A DNA stretch of 63,027 bases, filler included, from Octopus bimaculoides (taxonomy: Eukaryota): assembly GCF_001194135.2 (NCBI RefSeq). It is 4 parts of 3 records of this genome, joined end to end, with 100 filler letters (N's around TTAATTAATTAA, not from the genome) between each part and the next. Parts side by side here need not be neighbours in the genome. Positions count along the whole stretch, not along the records: positions 46,637 to 60,027 come from NC_068988.1; positions 60,128 to 63,027 come from NC_068988.1; 2 more parts are not named here. One strand, 5' to 3'. Made by a program: the position numbers and the translations under genes. This document shows, piece by piece, positions 49,661 through 63,027 of this stretch. The stretch's first letter is position 1, and every line of letters starts with the position of its first letter. The notes under the pieces were generated by a model. That model did no database searches, had not been told where the DNA came from, and was given only the letters and a program-made list of their open reading frames with translations.

Positions 49661-50073
49661 GATGTGTTTTAAATATAACGCCACAGAGAGTATGCTAAAG
49701 AAAAGATGCTAACTAGATTAGAAGCTGCTTCAGTAAGCTGCGGTGTGAACATAGAACGACTGGCCCTCAAGTGACTTGTGGTTCTATAGAATAGTATAAT
49801 ACAACGGAAAAAAGAGAACATTCTGGATAGACATATAACTATCTCTCATTTTACTACTCTATGTATATTAACGTTGAAGCTTTCTTATTTAACAATTTTT
49901 TTTTCTGATTTTTTTTCTCTCTTTTAGTTGTAAATCAGTCAGACACTAACCATTAGGGGACTAAGATGAAATATTACCCAAGAAGAGCAACGTCCCCGAT
50001 TTCTGTCGTACATACAAGTATACACACGTGTTTACTCATACACAGCTACACAGAGATACACTTACGTCTCTCT

Positions 50074-50104
<31 letters not shown>

Positions 50105-50713
50105 NNNNNNNNNNNNNNNNNNNNNNNNNNNNNNNNNNNNNNNNNNNNNNNNNNNNNNNNNNNNNNNNNNNNNNNNNNNNNNNNNNNNNNNNNNNNNNNN
50201 NNNNNNNNNNNNNNNNNNNNNNNNNNNNNNNNNNNNNNNNNNNNNNNNNNNNNNNNNNNNNNNNNNNNNNNNNNNNNNNNNNNNNNNNNNNNNNNNNNNN
50301 NNNNNNNNNNNNNNNNNNNNNNNNNNNNNNNNNNNNNNNNNNNNNNNNNNNNNNNNNNNNNNNNNNNNNNNNNNNNNNNNNNNNNNNNNNNNNNNNNNNN
50401 NNNNNNNNNNNNNNNNNNNNNNNNNNNNNNNNNNNNNNNNNNNNNNNNNNNNNNNNNNNNNNNNNNNNNNNNNNNNNNNNNNNNNNNNNNNNNNNNNNNN
50501 NNNNNNNNNNNNNNNNNNNNNNNNNNNNNNNNNNNNNNNNNNNNNNNNNNNNNNNNNNNNNNNNNNNNNNNNNNNNNNNNNNNNNNNNNNNNNNNNNNNN
50601 NNNNNNNNNNNNNNNNNNNNNNNNNNNNNNNNNNNNNNNNNNNNNNNNNNNNNTATATATATACATACATATATATAAATATACACATACACACACACGC
50701 ACACGCACGCACA

Positions 50714-50760
<47 letters not shown>

Positions 50761-51131
50761 GATATATATATTTGTAAAGATAATAAGATTTATTATCTCC
50801 ATTCAAGTATCTGTTTCAATCATTGTAGTGAGGATATCTTACACAATGACAACAAATCCCAACCAATACAGTCTCTCTCCTACCCCCACCTCATTCATCT
50901 TACCGCTCCCGACCACACACACACACACACACACACTTCGTCTATCTCCTTCCGTTCTTCCATCCTCTCCGTCTTTTATTTCTCTTCTTTAATGCAATCT
51001 TCAACCATTCCGGTACTTAGGGAATCTTCTTCATCCTGCCTTCATACAACAATCTCCACCCTCATCTCCAACGCCACTAAGAAGGACAGTGTACGTCTAT
51101 TCTTACTCTCCTCCCCACTCTCTCTGTATGT

Positions 51132-51175
<44 letters not shown>

Positions 51176-51472
51176 TAGTACCACGGCACCCTAAACACAT
51201 ATGTCGAAAGACATACTGATCGAAAAGCATTCGTAGAAGCTCAAAAGAAATGTGTTGAAATTAATGTCGATACGAACACGAAGACGTTTGTTTGTTTTTT
51301 ACTGAAATATGTTTTCAATTTATTTTTGGATTACCATTATTTTTTTTATTAGTAAGTAAATGAATGTAATTATTAAAAAAGAACTGATCACTTCGATGTA
51401 AATTTTATTTATATCCAATATAAATTATGATTTGGATATTTATTCTTAATATGTCCCAGTAGATGTGAACGT

Positions 51473-51688
51473 AAAATATGTTAGTTGTTGCTGTGTACAA
51501 CATAGGCGAACAACTTCTTTTTCCAACGACTGAGCGTTCATAGCACACTCAGCGCATTAACCCGAGTGATTCTTGAGCTCAAAATATGTTAGTTGTTGTT
51601 GTGTACGTCACAGGCGAACAACTTCCGCCTTTTACAGTGACTGCGTATTCATAATACACTCGATTCATTGGCTTAAGGGATTCTGGGA
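51473..51688. repeat. Two diverged 108-bp tandem units
   Basis: AAAATATGTTAGTTGTTG(C/T)TGTGTAC...GGCGAACAACTTC at 51473 and 51581. Confidence 0.75.
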
Positions 51689-51729
51689 CATCGGTGTTTC
51701 AACATGTGTCTCGTCAGCAAGAAGTACTC

Positions 51730-52940
51730 TGACCATTTGAGCCTAAACAAGGAATCATTTGAAGATCATCCAAAATGCCTCTATTTTCATGCACCAGCAC
51801 AACAGTTCGAATTCATTTTGATGAAATAATGCTTTTAATATTCTTAGGCATAATAGAAACACCAGTTCGTAGAATAGTTAGCCAAGCATCAACAAGTTTT
51901 TTTACGTATAACGTCCAACACACAGAAAATGTTTGATTGTGATCTAATGATGGCACCAAAACGTCTATGTCTCAGCCTTCAATATGATTATTTGTGTGAT
52001 CCACCTCTTGTATACATTCCATGCAAGAGGATTGATTAATGTTCCACCGGATCGTTCGTGACACTTTTTTAAAAAACTTCCTCGAAATATTTTAGCAGTG
52101 GAAACGAAATTTCTCATTTGATATGCTTGGGAAAAACTTGCAAATGAATTCGCAATGTAAGCAGCATAGAGAAAAGTTTTCGTCACTATTGCACCAAGTC
52201 ACAAGTGAACGAGTTATGAACAGCCAGTCGCAAGCCAATGCTGATATTTGTTACATCGTAATTCATATTACAGTTAGTAAAAATCTTATGAGTTTGGACA
52301 TTGATGTATTGTTCAAATTTTTCCTAAGCACAAACACATCGACTAAGGGCTAAGATTTTTCATAATCACTGCCATAAATAGTATACAACTGGCAGGACAA
52401 ATTAGGAAGGCTATCGAATGTTCTATTACCAAACTAGTCAGAACTTTGGCTAAGGTATTCAACGGACGATGTGGATGAAACATATAGGATTCTGAATGGA
52501 TCAGTGACATCACTGTCATGAATCATGAATTGTTTTTGTGCCAATGTTTTGTAAATCTTTTCTAAATAGCTAATAGTTATCCAATGATCTATGGAACGAG
52601 GAGCAAATGGGGATTTTTTTTCAGGCGACTACTTCTTTTCTATTCACCAGGTAATGCATTCTGAGGAACTTCTGTACAGACATTAAGGAGAAAGATGCTT
52701 GGAGCAAGGGATATTTCTGTTGCCTTTTTCTTGACATTTTTCTTTTGTCTTTAGGATGGCACTTCGGATAAAAGAGCCAGGATGATCAGGCAGAGTTCTT
52801 TTTTTATGACGTCTCTTTCCTTTTGTGCAATAAAGAACCCAGAGCAACCTTTATGTTCACATCGCCAGTAAATTTTTATCTCAGTAATAAAATCCCTTAC
52901 ATCATAACTCATTTTCCCCTTGATTTCCCAGTGTATACAA
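51730..52940 (-). pseudogene. Mutator-like (MULE) transposase with FLYWCH zinc finger, heavily decayed
   Basis: Manual translation: IYWRCEHKGCSG (FLYWCH); QFMIHDSDVTDPFRILYVS..YLSQSSD*FGNRTFDSLPNLSCQLYTIYG (cf. FLLYDSG..RILIF..W..DGTF..P..F.QLYTIHG); FFPSISNEKFRFHC*NISRK (cf. FP....GCFFH..Q...RK); LAWNVY..HTNNHIEG. Confidence 0.8.
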
Positions 52941-54177
52941 TTCCCATGTCATGAACCTCCATAATAATAGTTAGCATGTGAAAGTAATGATGGGAATGAT
53001 ACATGTGTATATACTCCGGGAGAGTTATTTTGACATCTTTTTATACTGGACATTTGTCGTAGCCAAAACCAGACCAAAAATATCAGCTCCCACATGATTA
53101 TTTTTATCCAATGAAGTCGACTTCCATCGAATTGTCGAATTCTGAGCTAAAAACTTTGCTTACCACAGTCTGTTAGTTTCTGTACATCACATGTCTTTTT
53201 CTGAGAAAACGACGATCAGTTACCTATGGCGCTTTCTAGAGATGGCATTATTTCGTTTGTAAAAGTATTACTCCAGCGGGGCGAGTGCTTGTTGGTCGGA
53301 AAGACACTCCTACAGGAGATAGCTAAGTAATATCTAACGAACAAACGGCATGTTGGTGCTATTAAGTTCACAAGGTGCAGTTGCCAATGTCAATGATGTC
53401 ATTCTTCTTTGGAAGACATAGCACATATAATAAACAGCTGGCCAAAACTGTCATCGAGATATTAACCTTCCACTGCGACTTGATGTTGTTCCTAAAACAA
53501 TATACAATGCCATCCACAGAAAATAACTACTTTGAGATAAATATAAACAACTCTGCTATTGACTATATACATATAAACAATAGGCATATTGGTGCCACAT
53601 TCCCATTAAAACTTCTCTTAAATCGCAAACATCCGGACTTATTAGTCTTCATAAAGTTATTCAAGGCGGAAAAGGAAAATCAGATGCAGCGATAGAAGTT
53701 ACTGCTCTGCAGATGTACACAGATCTTGCAAAATCAGGAAAAACCGAGTACTATGAAACATGAAGCTCCACAACCCTAGTTTATTATGAATTGACATTTA
53801 CACTAATAATTACTAGTATGTGTTTTGTTAAGTTGGTTACACTGGTAAGTAACAATGTAGAAAAGCTAGGATTTTCAGGTAACGAAAGAGTCCGGTTAAC
53901 ACGCCGCACTTTATGGATAAAATCTGTAAGAGAAGAGTAAAGATATGCAAGATATTCCTAAAGTTCGATGCATCGCTATTACCTTTGTTGTTATCCAAAT
54001 TTCAGTGATGAAGCTTTGTTTCTACTTTAGAAACCAGCTTTCTCCTTCTGAGAATAATTTTAATTAAATCGAAAAAGGTAAAGTCGGAGATACACACACA
54101 CACACACACACACATACACACACACACACATATATATATTTATATATATACATGCATAGATACATTCATATATCAAG

Positions 54178-54495
54178 ACAAAGAGACCTACTTCGGTCAT
54201 GAATGACCATGGGATTACATCAAGAAAGTTAACCTCCGACACATAAATCCGGGCAGGGTTGTTTATGGAAGACCAGCAGTCGCCCATGCATACCAGCCCC
54301 CTCTCTCCACACCATCGATGTTATCCAAAGGAAAGGCTGATAAAGCTTGGCACCAGTGACGTCACAACTCATTTCTACAGCTGAGTGAACTGAAGCAACG
54401 TGAAATAAAGTGCCTTGCTCAATAACACAATACACAGCCCTGTCCGAGAATCGAGCTCATTACCTCATGATTGTGAGCTCGACGTTCTAAGCACT
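54178..54495 (-). mobile_element. tRNA-derived SINE family D
   Basis: Reverse complement has a tRNA-like head and ATTGAGCAAGGCACTTTATTTCACGTTGCT, shared with 44487. Confidence 0.7.
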
Positions 54496-54812
54496 ATAAC
54501 TACATATAACCACATATAACCAGATTCTCTTCCAAGGGTATTTGTCAGCTTGAGGTTATAGTGTCGTTACTGCAATCAAAACTGGATGCATGCAAGTGTG
54601 TATATATGTATGTATGTGTGTATGTATGCATGCAAGTGTGTATGTGTATGTATGTAGGCATGTATATATGTATGTATGCAAGTGTGTATGTATGTATGTA
54701 AATATGTATGTATCTATGCATGCAAGTGTATATATATATGTATGTATGTGTTTATGTATGCATGCAAGTGTGTATGTATGTATATATGTATATATATATA
54801 TATATGTATGTG

Positions 54813-55195
54813 GAGGCGCAATGGCCCAGTGGTTAGGGCAGCGGACTCGCGGTCATAGGATCGCAGTTTCGATTCCCAGATTGGGCGTTGTGAGTGTTTA
54901 TTGAACGAAAACACCTAAAGCTCCACGAGGCTCCGGCAGGGGATGGTCGTGAACCCTGCTGTACTCTTTCACCACAACTTTCTCTGACTCTTACTTCCTG
55001 TTTCTGTTGTACCTGTTATTCAAAAGGTCAGCCTTGTCACACTGTGTCACGCTGAATATCCCCGAGAACTACGTTAAGGGTACACGTGTCTGTGGAGTGC
55101 TCAGCCACTTGCACGTTAATTTCACGAGCAGGCTGTTCCGTTGGTCGGATCAACTGGAACCCTCGTCGTTGTAAGCGACGGAGTGCCAACAACAA
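54813..55195 (+). mobile_element. tRNA-derived SINE family C, full-length with (CAA) tail
   Basis: GGCGCAATGGCCCAGTGGTTAGGGCAGCGGACT...GTTTCGATTCCC (A and B boxes), ends GAGTGCCAACAACAA. 3' parts recur at 11.0, 38.1 and 49.3 kb. Confidence 0.8.
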
Positions 55196-56084
55196 TATAT
55201 GTATGCATGTATGCAAGTTTGTATATATGTATGTATATGTGTATGTATGTATGCAAGTTTGTATATATGTATGTATGCGTGTATTTATGTTTGCAGGTAT
55301 GTATATATATGTATGAATGTATAAAAGGGTGTATGTATTTATTTATGTATGTATGTATATTTGGCAAGTGTGTATGTATGTTTGTACGTACGTATGTATA
55401 GCATATACCCTCTCCTAGGTTTTCCTAATTTTATCATTCATTATAACCAAGACACTTTTATTTATTTAATTATAAAATCTAGAATCAATTCATTCAACGC
55501 TTCCCTAATTCATTGAAGATATAATTTTTATATATTTTTACAGTAAAATCATTATATATTTTTTTCAATACATCGGTTAATGCTTAGAGTTTTGTACATG
55601 TCTGATGACTTCAAGGTATGATACAAATTTTACTGTCGATATTTCTATCTTTAAAGTTAATACATTTTATTTATTCATTTATTTATTTATTTATTTACTT
55701 ATTTATTTATTTATTTATTTATCGAATCAATGATTTCTCGTTCAATATTTACTTTTTCAACATAGACTCTTTTGATTAAAGACTTTTTTTGAAACACTAA
55801 TATATTTTTTTTTTTTTTTGCTTTTAAAATTTATTTTCCCCTTTCCTTCCCCCTCCTGTTTTTCTTCTTTTTTTTCATTTTTACATGTTTCCGTCATTGA
55901 ACTGTGCCATATTGAGGCATTGCCTTGACCACCCGCCGCTACTTAAAAAATTTACTCTTCATGCTTATTCTATCAGTTTATTTTGCCGAACTACTAAGTT
56001 AAAGGAACGTGAACAAACTAACACCAGCTATCAAAAGCTGGGATACAAACACAAAAATAAAGACACACACACATACACACACAC

Positions 56085-56132
<48 letters not shown>

Positions 56133-56136
56133 ACAC

Positions 56137-57260
56137 TGAAGTCGCACCAGGACCAGGGTGCATCCATGTCGTTTCATACTGATTCTTTAGTCGAAACATT
56201 GTATTCATGACACACAAATCCATCTCTACACACACTTGTAACAGTAGCAAACCATTACTGTTGAAACTCCCAACCTCATGCCTTCCTAAGACACTCCAAG
56301 TCTCCCAATCTGCACCAACGCGAGCATTCAAATCATCCAAAATGACAATTTTGTCATCATGGGGGATATTGCGTATAATCTCTGTAAATGATAGATAGAA
56401 GGCAAGTTTATCATCCTCTGGAGCATATTCACTTATGAGTATTGCATAGCGACCTTTTCATAATGGAAGTCTTAAAGACATTAAAACAATCCAAATGACC
56501 ACATGGTAGTTCCTCAAGTTTTGAAAGCAAATCCCACTCCTGATTCTCTCTTGTAGGTCTCCTCTCTACCGCTCCAAAATAAATGATACTCAGATTTTTC
56601 TACGAAATTCCCCTTTCCATGAATTTTTGTATCTGTTAACGTTACAGCATCCATATCATATCGCTGTAACTCTTTTGCAACAAGCGCGGATCTTCTCTCC
56701 AGACGGGATTTCAGTCAATCATTGTCTAATAACGTTAGAACATTCCAACATCTTATATTCATAGGCTTGCATCTTAACTTTAATTTACTCACAGTTGCAG
56801 GACGACGACCGGATCCACCTGTGGTGCCCTGGGACACCTGCCAGGCCAGACCACAGAACAAAATGTTCCAGAGCCCATTTTTGCCATTTGCTTCATTATC
56901 AATATGAACTTTCATTGTTTAGATGTGCCTTTTTAAGCTTTGGCCAGCCATGTACATACATGATGTCCATTTCCTTTTCCTCTCCAGCAATACCTGTGCT
57001 TCACACTTTTTAAGGTGAGGAAAAATTTTGCACAGCAACCCTTCCAACTCTCTAAACTACAAAGCATGATCCAAAAAGAAGAGCTAGTCAACATCATTGG
57101 GTGCATTTGCAGTCGCAAGAATATCCTTCTCCCAGTATTTGCCCAACCAAAGGCTAACTACAAGACAGCAATGAAGTATTTAAATTCAGAGTTACTTTCT
57201 CCTAGATAGACTGCCTTCGCCATGGCTTGGGTAAACAGAAGAGCTCTATCCACCCCTCAA
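56137..57260 (-). mobile_element. RTE family A-type LINE 5' end (5'UTR and APE endonuclease)
   Basis: PMNIRCWNVLTLLDND, ERRSALVAKELQRYDMDA, FWSGREE..RESGVGFAF, DDLNARVGADWETWSVLGRHEVGSFNSNGLLLLQ...TTWMHPG. Confidence 0.85.
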
Positions 57261-57437
57261 CTATTTATTGAAAAAGAAAAAAAAAACTAAAATAAGAGAA
57301 ATAAATACAAACTAAAAATTGAGATAAAACTACACCCATTAAAAATAATTCATCTGCACAGGTACTTCCTGTACTTCAGATCTTAGTAAAATCATTGATA
57401 TATATATNNNNNNNNNNNNNNNNNNNNNNNNNNNNNN

Positions 57438-57469
<32 letters not shown>

Positions 57470-58607
57470 CGATTAAACCCTTCAAGGCGATGCCCCAACA
57501 TAGCAACAGTTCAATGCGTGAATCGAGTAAAAGGTAAAATATACATACTTTCTAAAATTTATCCATCCTATTGAGATATTTACTGCAACAATTATTCCTA
57601 GAGACCCTGTTCATACTCAGTTGTTTAATAATCACAACGCTATGCCAAAATTTTGAATTCTTCAATTCTAACGGCAAGTTGTTTAAATTCTTCGGTAACT
57701 TGTTGTGGACTTAGACTAGTCAACAACAACACCCGGGTGTTTCCACTGCTAGCTTTATATAACAAGCCGACAGGTAGCAATCAGGTCCGAATTAAGAGCC
57801 ATCGAGGCCCGAAGCACTTAAAAGATTTTAGCTGTCTCCATTAAAAAAATTTTGTAATTCAAAATATAAACAATAAAAATGAATATAAACCATAAAATAA
57901 TTTTTTTTTTATTTTTCAAAACGAAACAAAACAGCAAGAGGGAAAATAATGTTTATTCTTGTATACTTCCACTTTATTTATATTTGAAAAGATTCCTTCT
58001 ACTTTTTTGAATTGCAAAGACTTTGATTAGATCCTCAACATTAATCTTATGTAACACATTTGCATCTATACTTAGTAGAGAGAAAGGCATCCCGAATATT
58101 ATTTTAGCAAGTTTAAAGTGATTTGTTTTGTGCCGTAAACCATTTACCATCTCTGTGGTGTCCCCTCCTTCTCCTTGATGACCTAAGCACGTGCTTATTT
58201 TGCTTAATTGTTAATCCAGCGCTGGCAGCAGTGCCTATAAAATAGCAAATAGCGGTAAATTTGTTTCTCGACCTTTCTACTGAGTCCCCCGATGACGCAT
58301 CGACATATGATAAAAGATACGACATCATTACTCGTAGAAATTAAGTCAGTTGGGAGTTGAACGTTGGATATAATTCTAGTAAACATATTGATGAAATGAA
58401 AAGCTTGGACAATATATCGAAGATAAAGATTGAATAACTGGAAGAGCTCAGATTACGCATCTCATTTGTTTATTGTGAGCATCTTTTGTATATACTTGTA
58501 CGTTAAGCTTTAACTGGTGCACCAATTTTAATGCTGTGTACTCATGTCACTTACATATACAAGTATTGCATCGAGATGTAATTTTTGTCTGGAGAGCATA
58601 TTTTTAA

Positions 58608-58642
<35 letters not shown>

Positions 58643-58979
58643 NNNNNNNNNNNNNNNNNNNNNNNNNNNNNNNNNNNNNNNNNNNNNNNNNNNNNNNNNN
58701 NNNNNNNNNNNNNNNNNNNNNNNNNNNNNNNNNNNNNNNNNNNNNNNNNNNNNNNNNNNNNNNNNNNNNNNNNNNNNNNNNNNNNNNNNNNNNNNNNNNN
58801 NNNNNNNNNNNNNNNNNNNNNNNNNNNNNNNNNNNNNNNNNNNNNNNNNNNNNNNNNNNNNNNNNNNNNNNNNNNNNNNNNNNNNNNNNNNNNNNNNNNN
58901 NNNNNNNNNNNNNNNNNNNNNNNNNNNNNNNNNNNNNNNNNNNNNNNNNNNNNNNNNNNNNNNNNNNNNNNNNNNNNNN

Positions 58980-59033
<54 letters not shown>

Positions 59034-59908
59034 TATCTGTGTGTATGGATGTGATTTCATATATGTATATATTGTATATATACGCATGCACACATGTACA
59101 GATTTATATGCATACATATATACGTGTGTGTGTATACATACATATATATATATGTGCATATGTGTGTGAGAATATTTATGTGTGTTTGTCTGAATGTATG
59201 TATGCAAACATACATACACACATACACGCATATATAAACATGTCTTGTTTAACTATCTGATCTGCGTTCATATATATTTATACACCCACCCGCATACACG
59301 TAAGTATATGAACAAACATCCACTTACACGTGTGTATAACACATATATATATGCATGTATGTATGTATAATATATAACTATGTATATATATTTATTTATT
59401 TTGCACATGTAATTGTGTGTATTTGACGAGCAATGTGGAGGTGCGACAGACGTATAAAGAAAACAACGAAACAAGCAACTGCCTTTACAATAGCTAAACA
59501 ATAAATTATGAACACCCTGTCACATTATAAGCAGTCTTTTTGTGTTTGTTTGTCAATTTTCCTCTTTTTTCTTCTTGGTTTCTTTCATTTACCTAACCAA
59601 AAATATGTTCCGCACCAGTGACTGACCACACAACCGTGACCTTTTTAAAACACTTCAACAAAACATTTTTTTTTCTCCCTCCTTCTCCAACCACGACATC
59701 CGACAACTTCATCAATTGTGGTTACCTTACTGTGTGCATGTGCGTGTGTGTGTCTGTGTCTATGCGTGTATGTAAGTATTTTATGTATGTATGTATGTAT
59801 GTACGTATATATGTATGTATGTATTCGTGCGTACGTATGCGTGTATATATGTATATATAACGGATGTTATTTGCATATGAACATATGCATATGTGTATAT
59901 AAAATACA

Positions 59909-59951
<43 letters not shown>

Positions 59952-60027
59952 TATGCATACGTATGTGCATGTGAATTTATACATATAAATGTACTCGTGT
60001 GTGTGTGGTGTATATATATATATATAT

Positions 60028-60127
60028 NNNNNNNNNNNNNNNNNNNNNNNNNNNNNNNNNNNNNNNNNNNNTTAATTAATTAANNNNNNNNNNNNNNNNN
60101 NNNNNNNNNNNNNNNNNNNNNNNNNNN
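60028..60127. other. Artificial scaffold join
   Basis: N44-TTAATTAATTAA-N44. Confidence 0.9.
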
Positions 60128-60755
60128 ACAAAATATAAATATCAATATATATAAAAATCTGAATATAGATAAATATATGTGTGAATATATATGCGTATAA
60201 AAATTTATGCGTAATTAAGCATGAATATTGTAAAGTCTAAAATATAAAATATAAAGGAACCTAAAATTTAAAGAGTTAAATATCTTACGATCGTTTCGCG
60301 GATAACACATTTATTTGCTTAAGATAATTAAGCACTCAACATAAGTTCAGTTATATATTCTTTTAGAATATTACTTATAGAAGTTATATATATATATATA
60401 TATATATACACATACAAATATTCTATAATTATAAACATAATCATAATTAGGGTCAGCTAATTGCTTCGCCACGCACCGAATTTAAAAATTGGAGTTAAAA
60501 TACCTTTTCCGCTACCATAAATATCTCCCGGACAGTAACACACTGTCGGCAAAATGAAAAAATAACGAATCCACATGACTCAGATTAGCTACATACGCGT
60601 TTCGGAATTGAAGTAAAGTTATATTTACTTACTTCTTTACAGCATTTCGAAATACAAATTTGAGAGTATTAGGATTAAATATGTACGCGATCAAGCGTCA
60701 TCGCATAACTGATATTTAACCAACACTTCCAAAAATATTATTGAAATATGTATAC

Positions 60756-60850
<95 letters not shown>

Positions 60851-62107
60851 CATGTGTGTGTGTATTTATTTGATATAGAATATATAGTCTACAGTTCCAT
60901 TATAGGTAGAATCGACAAAAAGGTACTCTATCAAGAGATATCTAATTCATACAATTGCAAAACGGTTACCTATAGTTTCATGCTTGTAAGATACATTAAA
61001 GTGGCAAATTTATATAAGAAACCGTGTATCCCCAAGCAATTTTTGAGGCTCACTTGATTACGTTGGATGTATCTAAAAACACATTCGCATGCAAGGACGC
61101 ACACACACATACACACACAAACATGCAAACCCACGCTTACATATACAAAGATAGATTAAAGATATATATATCAATGGGAATTACAAGTTGAAGAAGGATT
61201 AACTACACATTGCTAATATGAAGTCGTGTTAAGATAATGTTTGGTTTTTTTCTTTTTTTTCCGTCAGAAACAAATCTACTTGTGTATATATGTGTGTGTA
61301 TATGTATGTATATATGTATGTATGGGTGGATATATGGATGGATGGATGGATGGATGGATGGATGGATGGATGGATAGATGGATGGATGGATGGATGGATG
61401 TGTATATATGTACATATCTGTATGGGCGTGTGTATGTATGCGCGGGTATATATATATGTGCGTGTGTGTGTATGTGTGTGTTTGTATGTAATTTCGTTGG
61501 ACTCACATATAATTATGATTTATGTATACTTTTATGTAAGTGTCCTTGTGTGTGTGTGTGTTTGTATGGTTGTTTGTGTGTGTGTGTGTGTGTGCGTGCG
61601 CGTGCGTGTGTTATTGTATGACTGCAGCTATAGACATACCGAAACCACAACGACAGTAAGCACAATAAACGACATCCGTTGAAATGGAAACCCTAGTAGG
61701 GCCGATAATTAACTTTCAGTAAGGCAGCGGCAGATTAGAAGTGACAGCCTTCCATACAACACCGTCTACTTCAAAGAAAATCACGTTTCCTTCAGACACA
61801 GTAACAACATCATCAGTAAGCCGCGACAAACAACATCGTTACAACAATACGTTGGACAACATAAGTACTTATTCGAACAACAACAAAACAACAAATACAA
61901 AATAAAGAAGAACAAATTTTGGCTCCTAATAATTGACGAAAATCTTAACAATATTTTCGAACAAATACTCAAGGCCTGGGAATTAACTAGGGCAGCGATC
62001 TTGACTTTTTCTTTGCACCTTGAACCGGTCACATGCAAGACAATTATTTCACCGGACGGAGAAAGCACAATAAAGTGCATAATATACTGTATGCTTTAAT
62101 TATTATT

Positions 62108-62325
62108 TTCTTCTCTAGGCACAAGGCCCGATATTTTGGGGGAGTGGGGGGGACCCAGTCGATTAGATCGACCTCAGTACGCAACTGGTACTTAATTTAT
62201 CGACCCCAAAAAGATGAAAGGCGAAGTCGACCTCGGCGGAATTTGAACTCAGAATGTAAAGACAGACGAAATACTGTTAAGCATTTCGCCCGGCGGGCTA
62301 AGGTTTCTGCTAGTTCGCTGCCTTA
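62108..62325 (-). mobile_element. SINE family A, full-length
   Basis: Reverse complement of the 25365-25580 type. Confidence 0.85.
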
Positions 62326-62377
62326 TTATTACGCGAATAATGCATGCATATTACATATAGAGGTGCAGGCGTGTTGT

Positions 62378-62378
62378 G

Positions 62379-62448
<70 letters not shown>

Positions 62449-62517
62449 GGTGCTGATGGTGATGGCGATGTTGATGTTGGTGATGCGCAGATTTGACCTC
62501 GACTGGTCATCAGCATC

Positions 62518-62551
<34 letters not shown>

Positions 62552-62560
62552 CGACGACGA
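62378..62560. repeat. Compound (GAT)/(GGT)/(CAT) trinucleotide tract
   Basis: Direct inspection. The (GAT)n and (CAT)n runs are mutually complementary. Confidence 0.9.
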
Positions 62561-62854
62561 CGTCTATGCCGATAGTCCGATGATAAGCTCGCCTCTCCTG
62601 TTGCTGACGAGGATAATGAAGAACAAATAAATAAACAACACAACGAAAATAACAGAACAATTTAAAAGTACAATTCTAGTTTCTTCAACCTCTACATCCT
62701 GGTTGTGGTTGTTGTTGTTGCTGTGCCTGACCTTGTTGTCACTGTTTTTTCATCATTATCAACCATCATCGCTACAATCAGTCATAAAATCATCATTGTC
62801 GCCATCAGCATTACCAACATTGTCGATAATGCTGATATATATATATATATATAT

Positions 62855-62916
62855 ATCTGTAAAAATATGTGACACTTATTCGGTAGCCATGATAAGTGTC
62901 ACATATTTTTACAGAT
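62855..62916. repeat. Perfect 25-bp inverted repeat with 12-nt loop
   Basis: ATCTGTAAAAATATGTGACACTTAT / ATAAGTGTCACATATTTTTACAGAT. Confidence 0.9.
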
Positions 62917-62974
62917 GAATTCCTCTATTTACATAATATCGAGGTCTCTTTCTTTCTTTTGTTGTCCTTTCTAT

Positions 62975-63008
<34 letters not shown>

Positions 63009-63027
63009 GTAAATACACACACACACA

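Noticed and set aside
54813-54885. tRNA gene
   Set aside because: It has A and B boxes but no complete cloverleaf and continues into a SINE body with a (CAA) tail.
55600-55650. CTGATGA as a hammerhead core (also 3863, 30776, 58284, 62603)
   Set aside because: No properly closed stem II followed by GAAA and a paired stem I. The 30776 and 58284 sites may be very old remnants but cannot be supported.
62033-62660. ORFs with poly-M, poly-S and poly-D
   Set aside because: They are translations of a SINE plus a (GAT)/(CAT) microsatellite.

Overview
AT-rich animal genomic DNA from a draft assembly with many N gaps. The microsatellite load and SINE/LINE repertoire suggest an octopod cephalopod (inference). 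No host protein-coding gene can be supported; most ORF-track entries are microsatellite or N-gap artefacts. The window is mostly decayed mobile DNA: a full-length Tigger/pogo element with both TIRs, at least 4 Tc1/mariner remnants, a Merlin (IS1595-like) fragment, a FLYWCH-MULE transposase pseudogene, a hAT MITE with an 8-bp TSD, two RTE-clade LINE families, an R2/NeSL-type RT fragment, several tRNA-derived SINE families (including a 6-unit head-to-tail array), and at least 8 Penelope-like (PLE) remnants. The most notable signal is a set of type I hammerhead ribozyme motifs in PLE terminal-repeat remnants. Three share an unusually long (55-60 nt) stem II region and a palindromic loop III (6377-6460 +, 26138-26220 -, 45434-45512 +), and one sits inside a perfect 30-bp hairpin (22506-22632). 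Other structures of interest are fold-back palindromes, a twin-priming-like inversion in an RTE LINE, and a templated inverted duplication. Three fixed N-TTAATTAATTAA-N linkers are artificial joins, so adjacency across them is unproven. All family assignments come from manual translation and motif recognition, not database searches.
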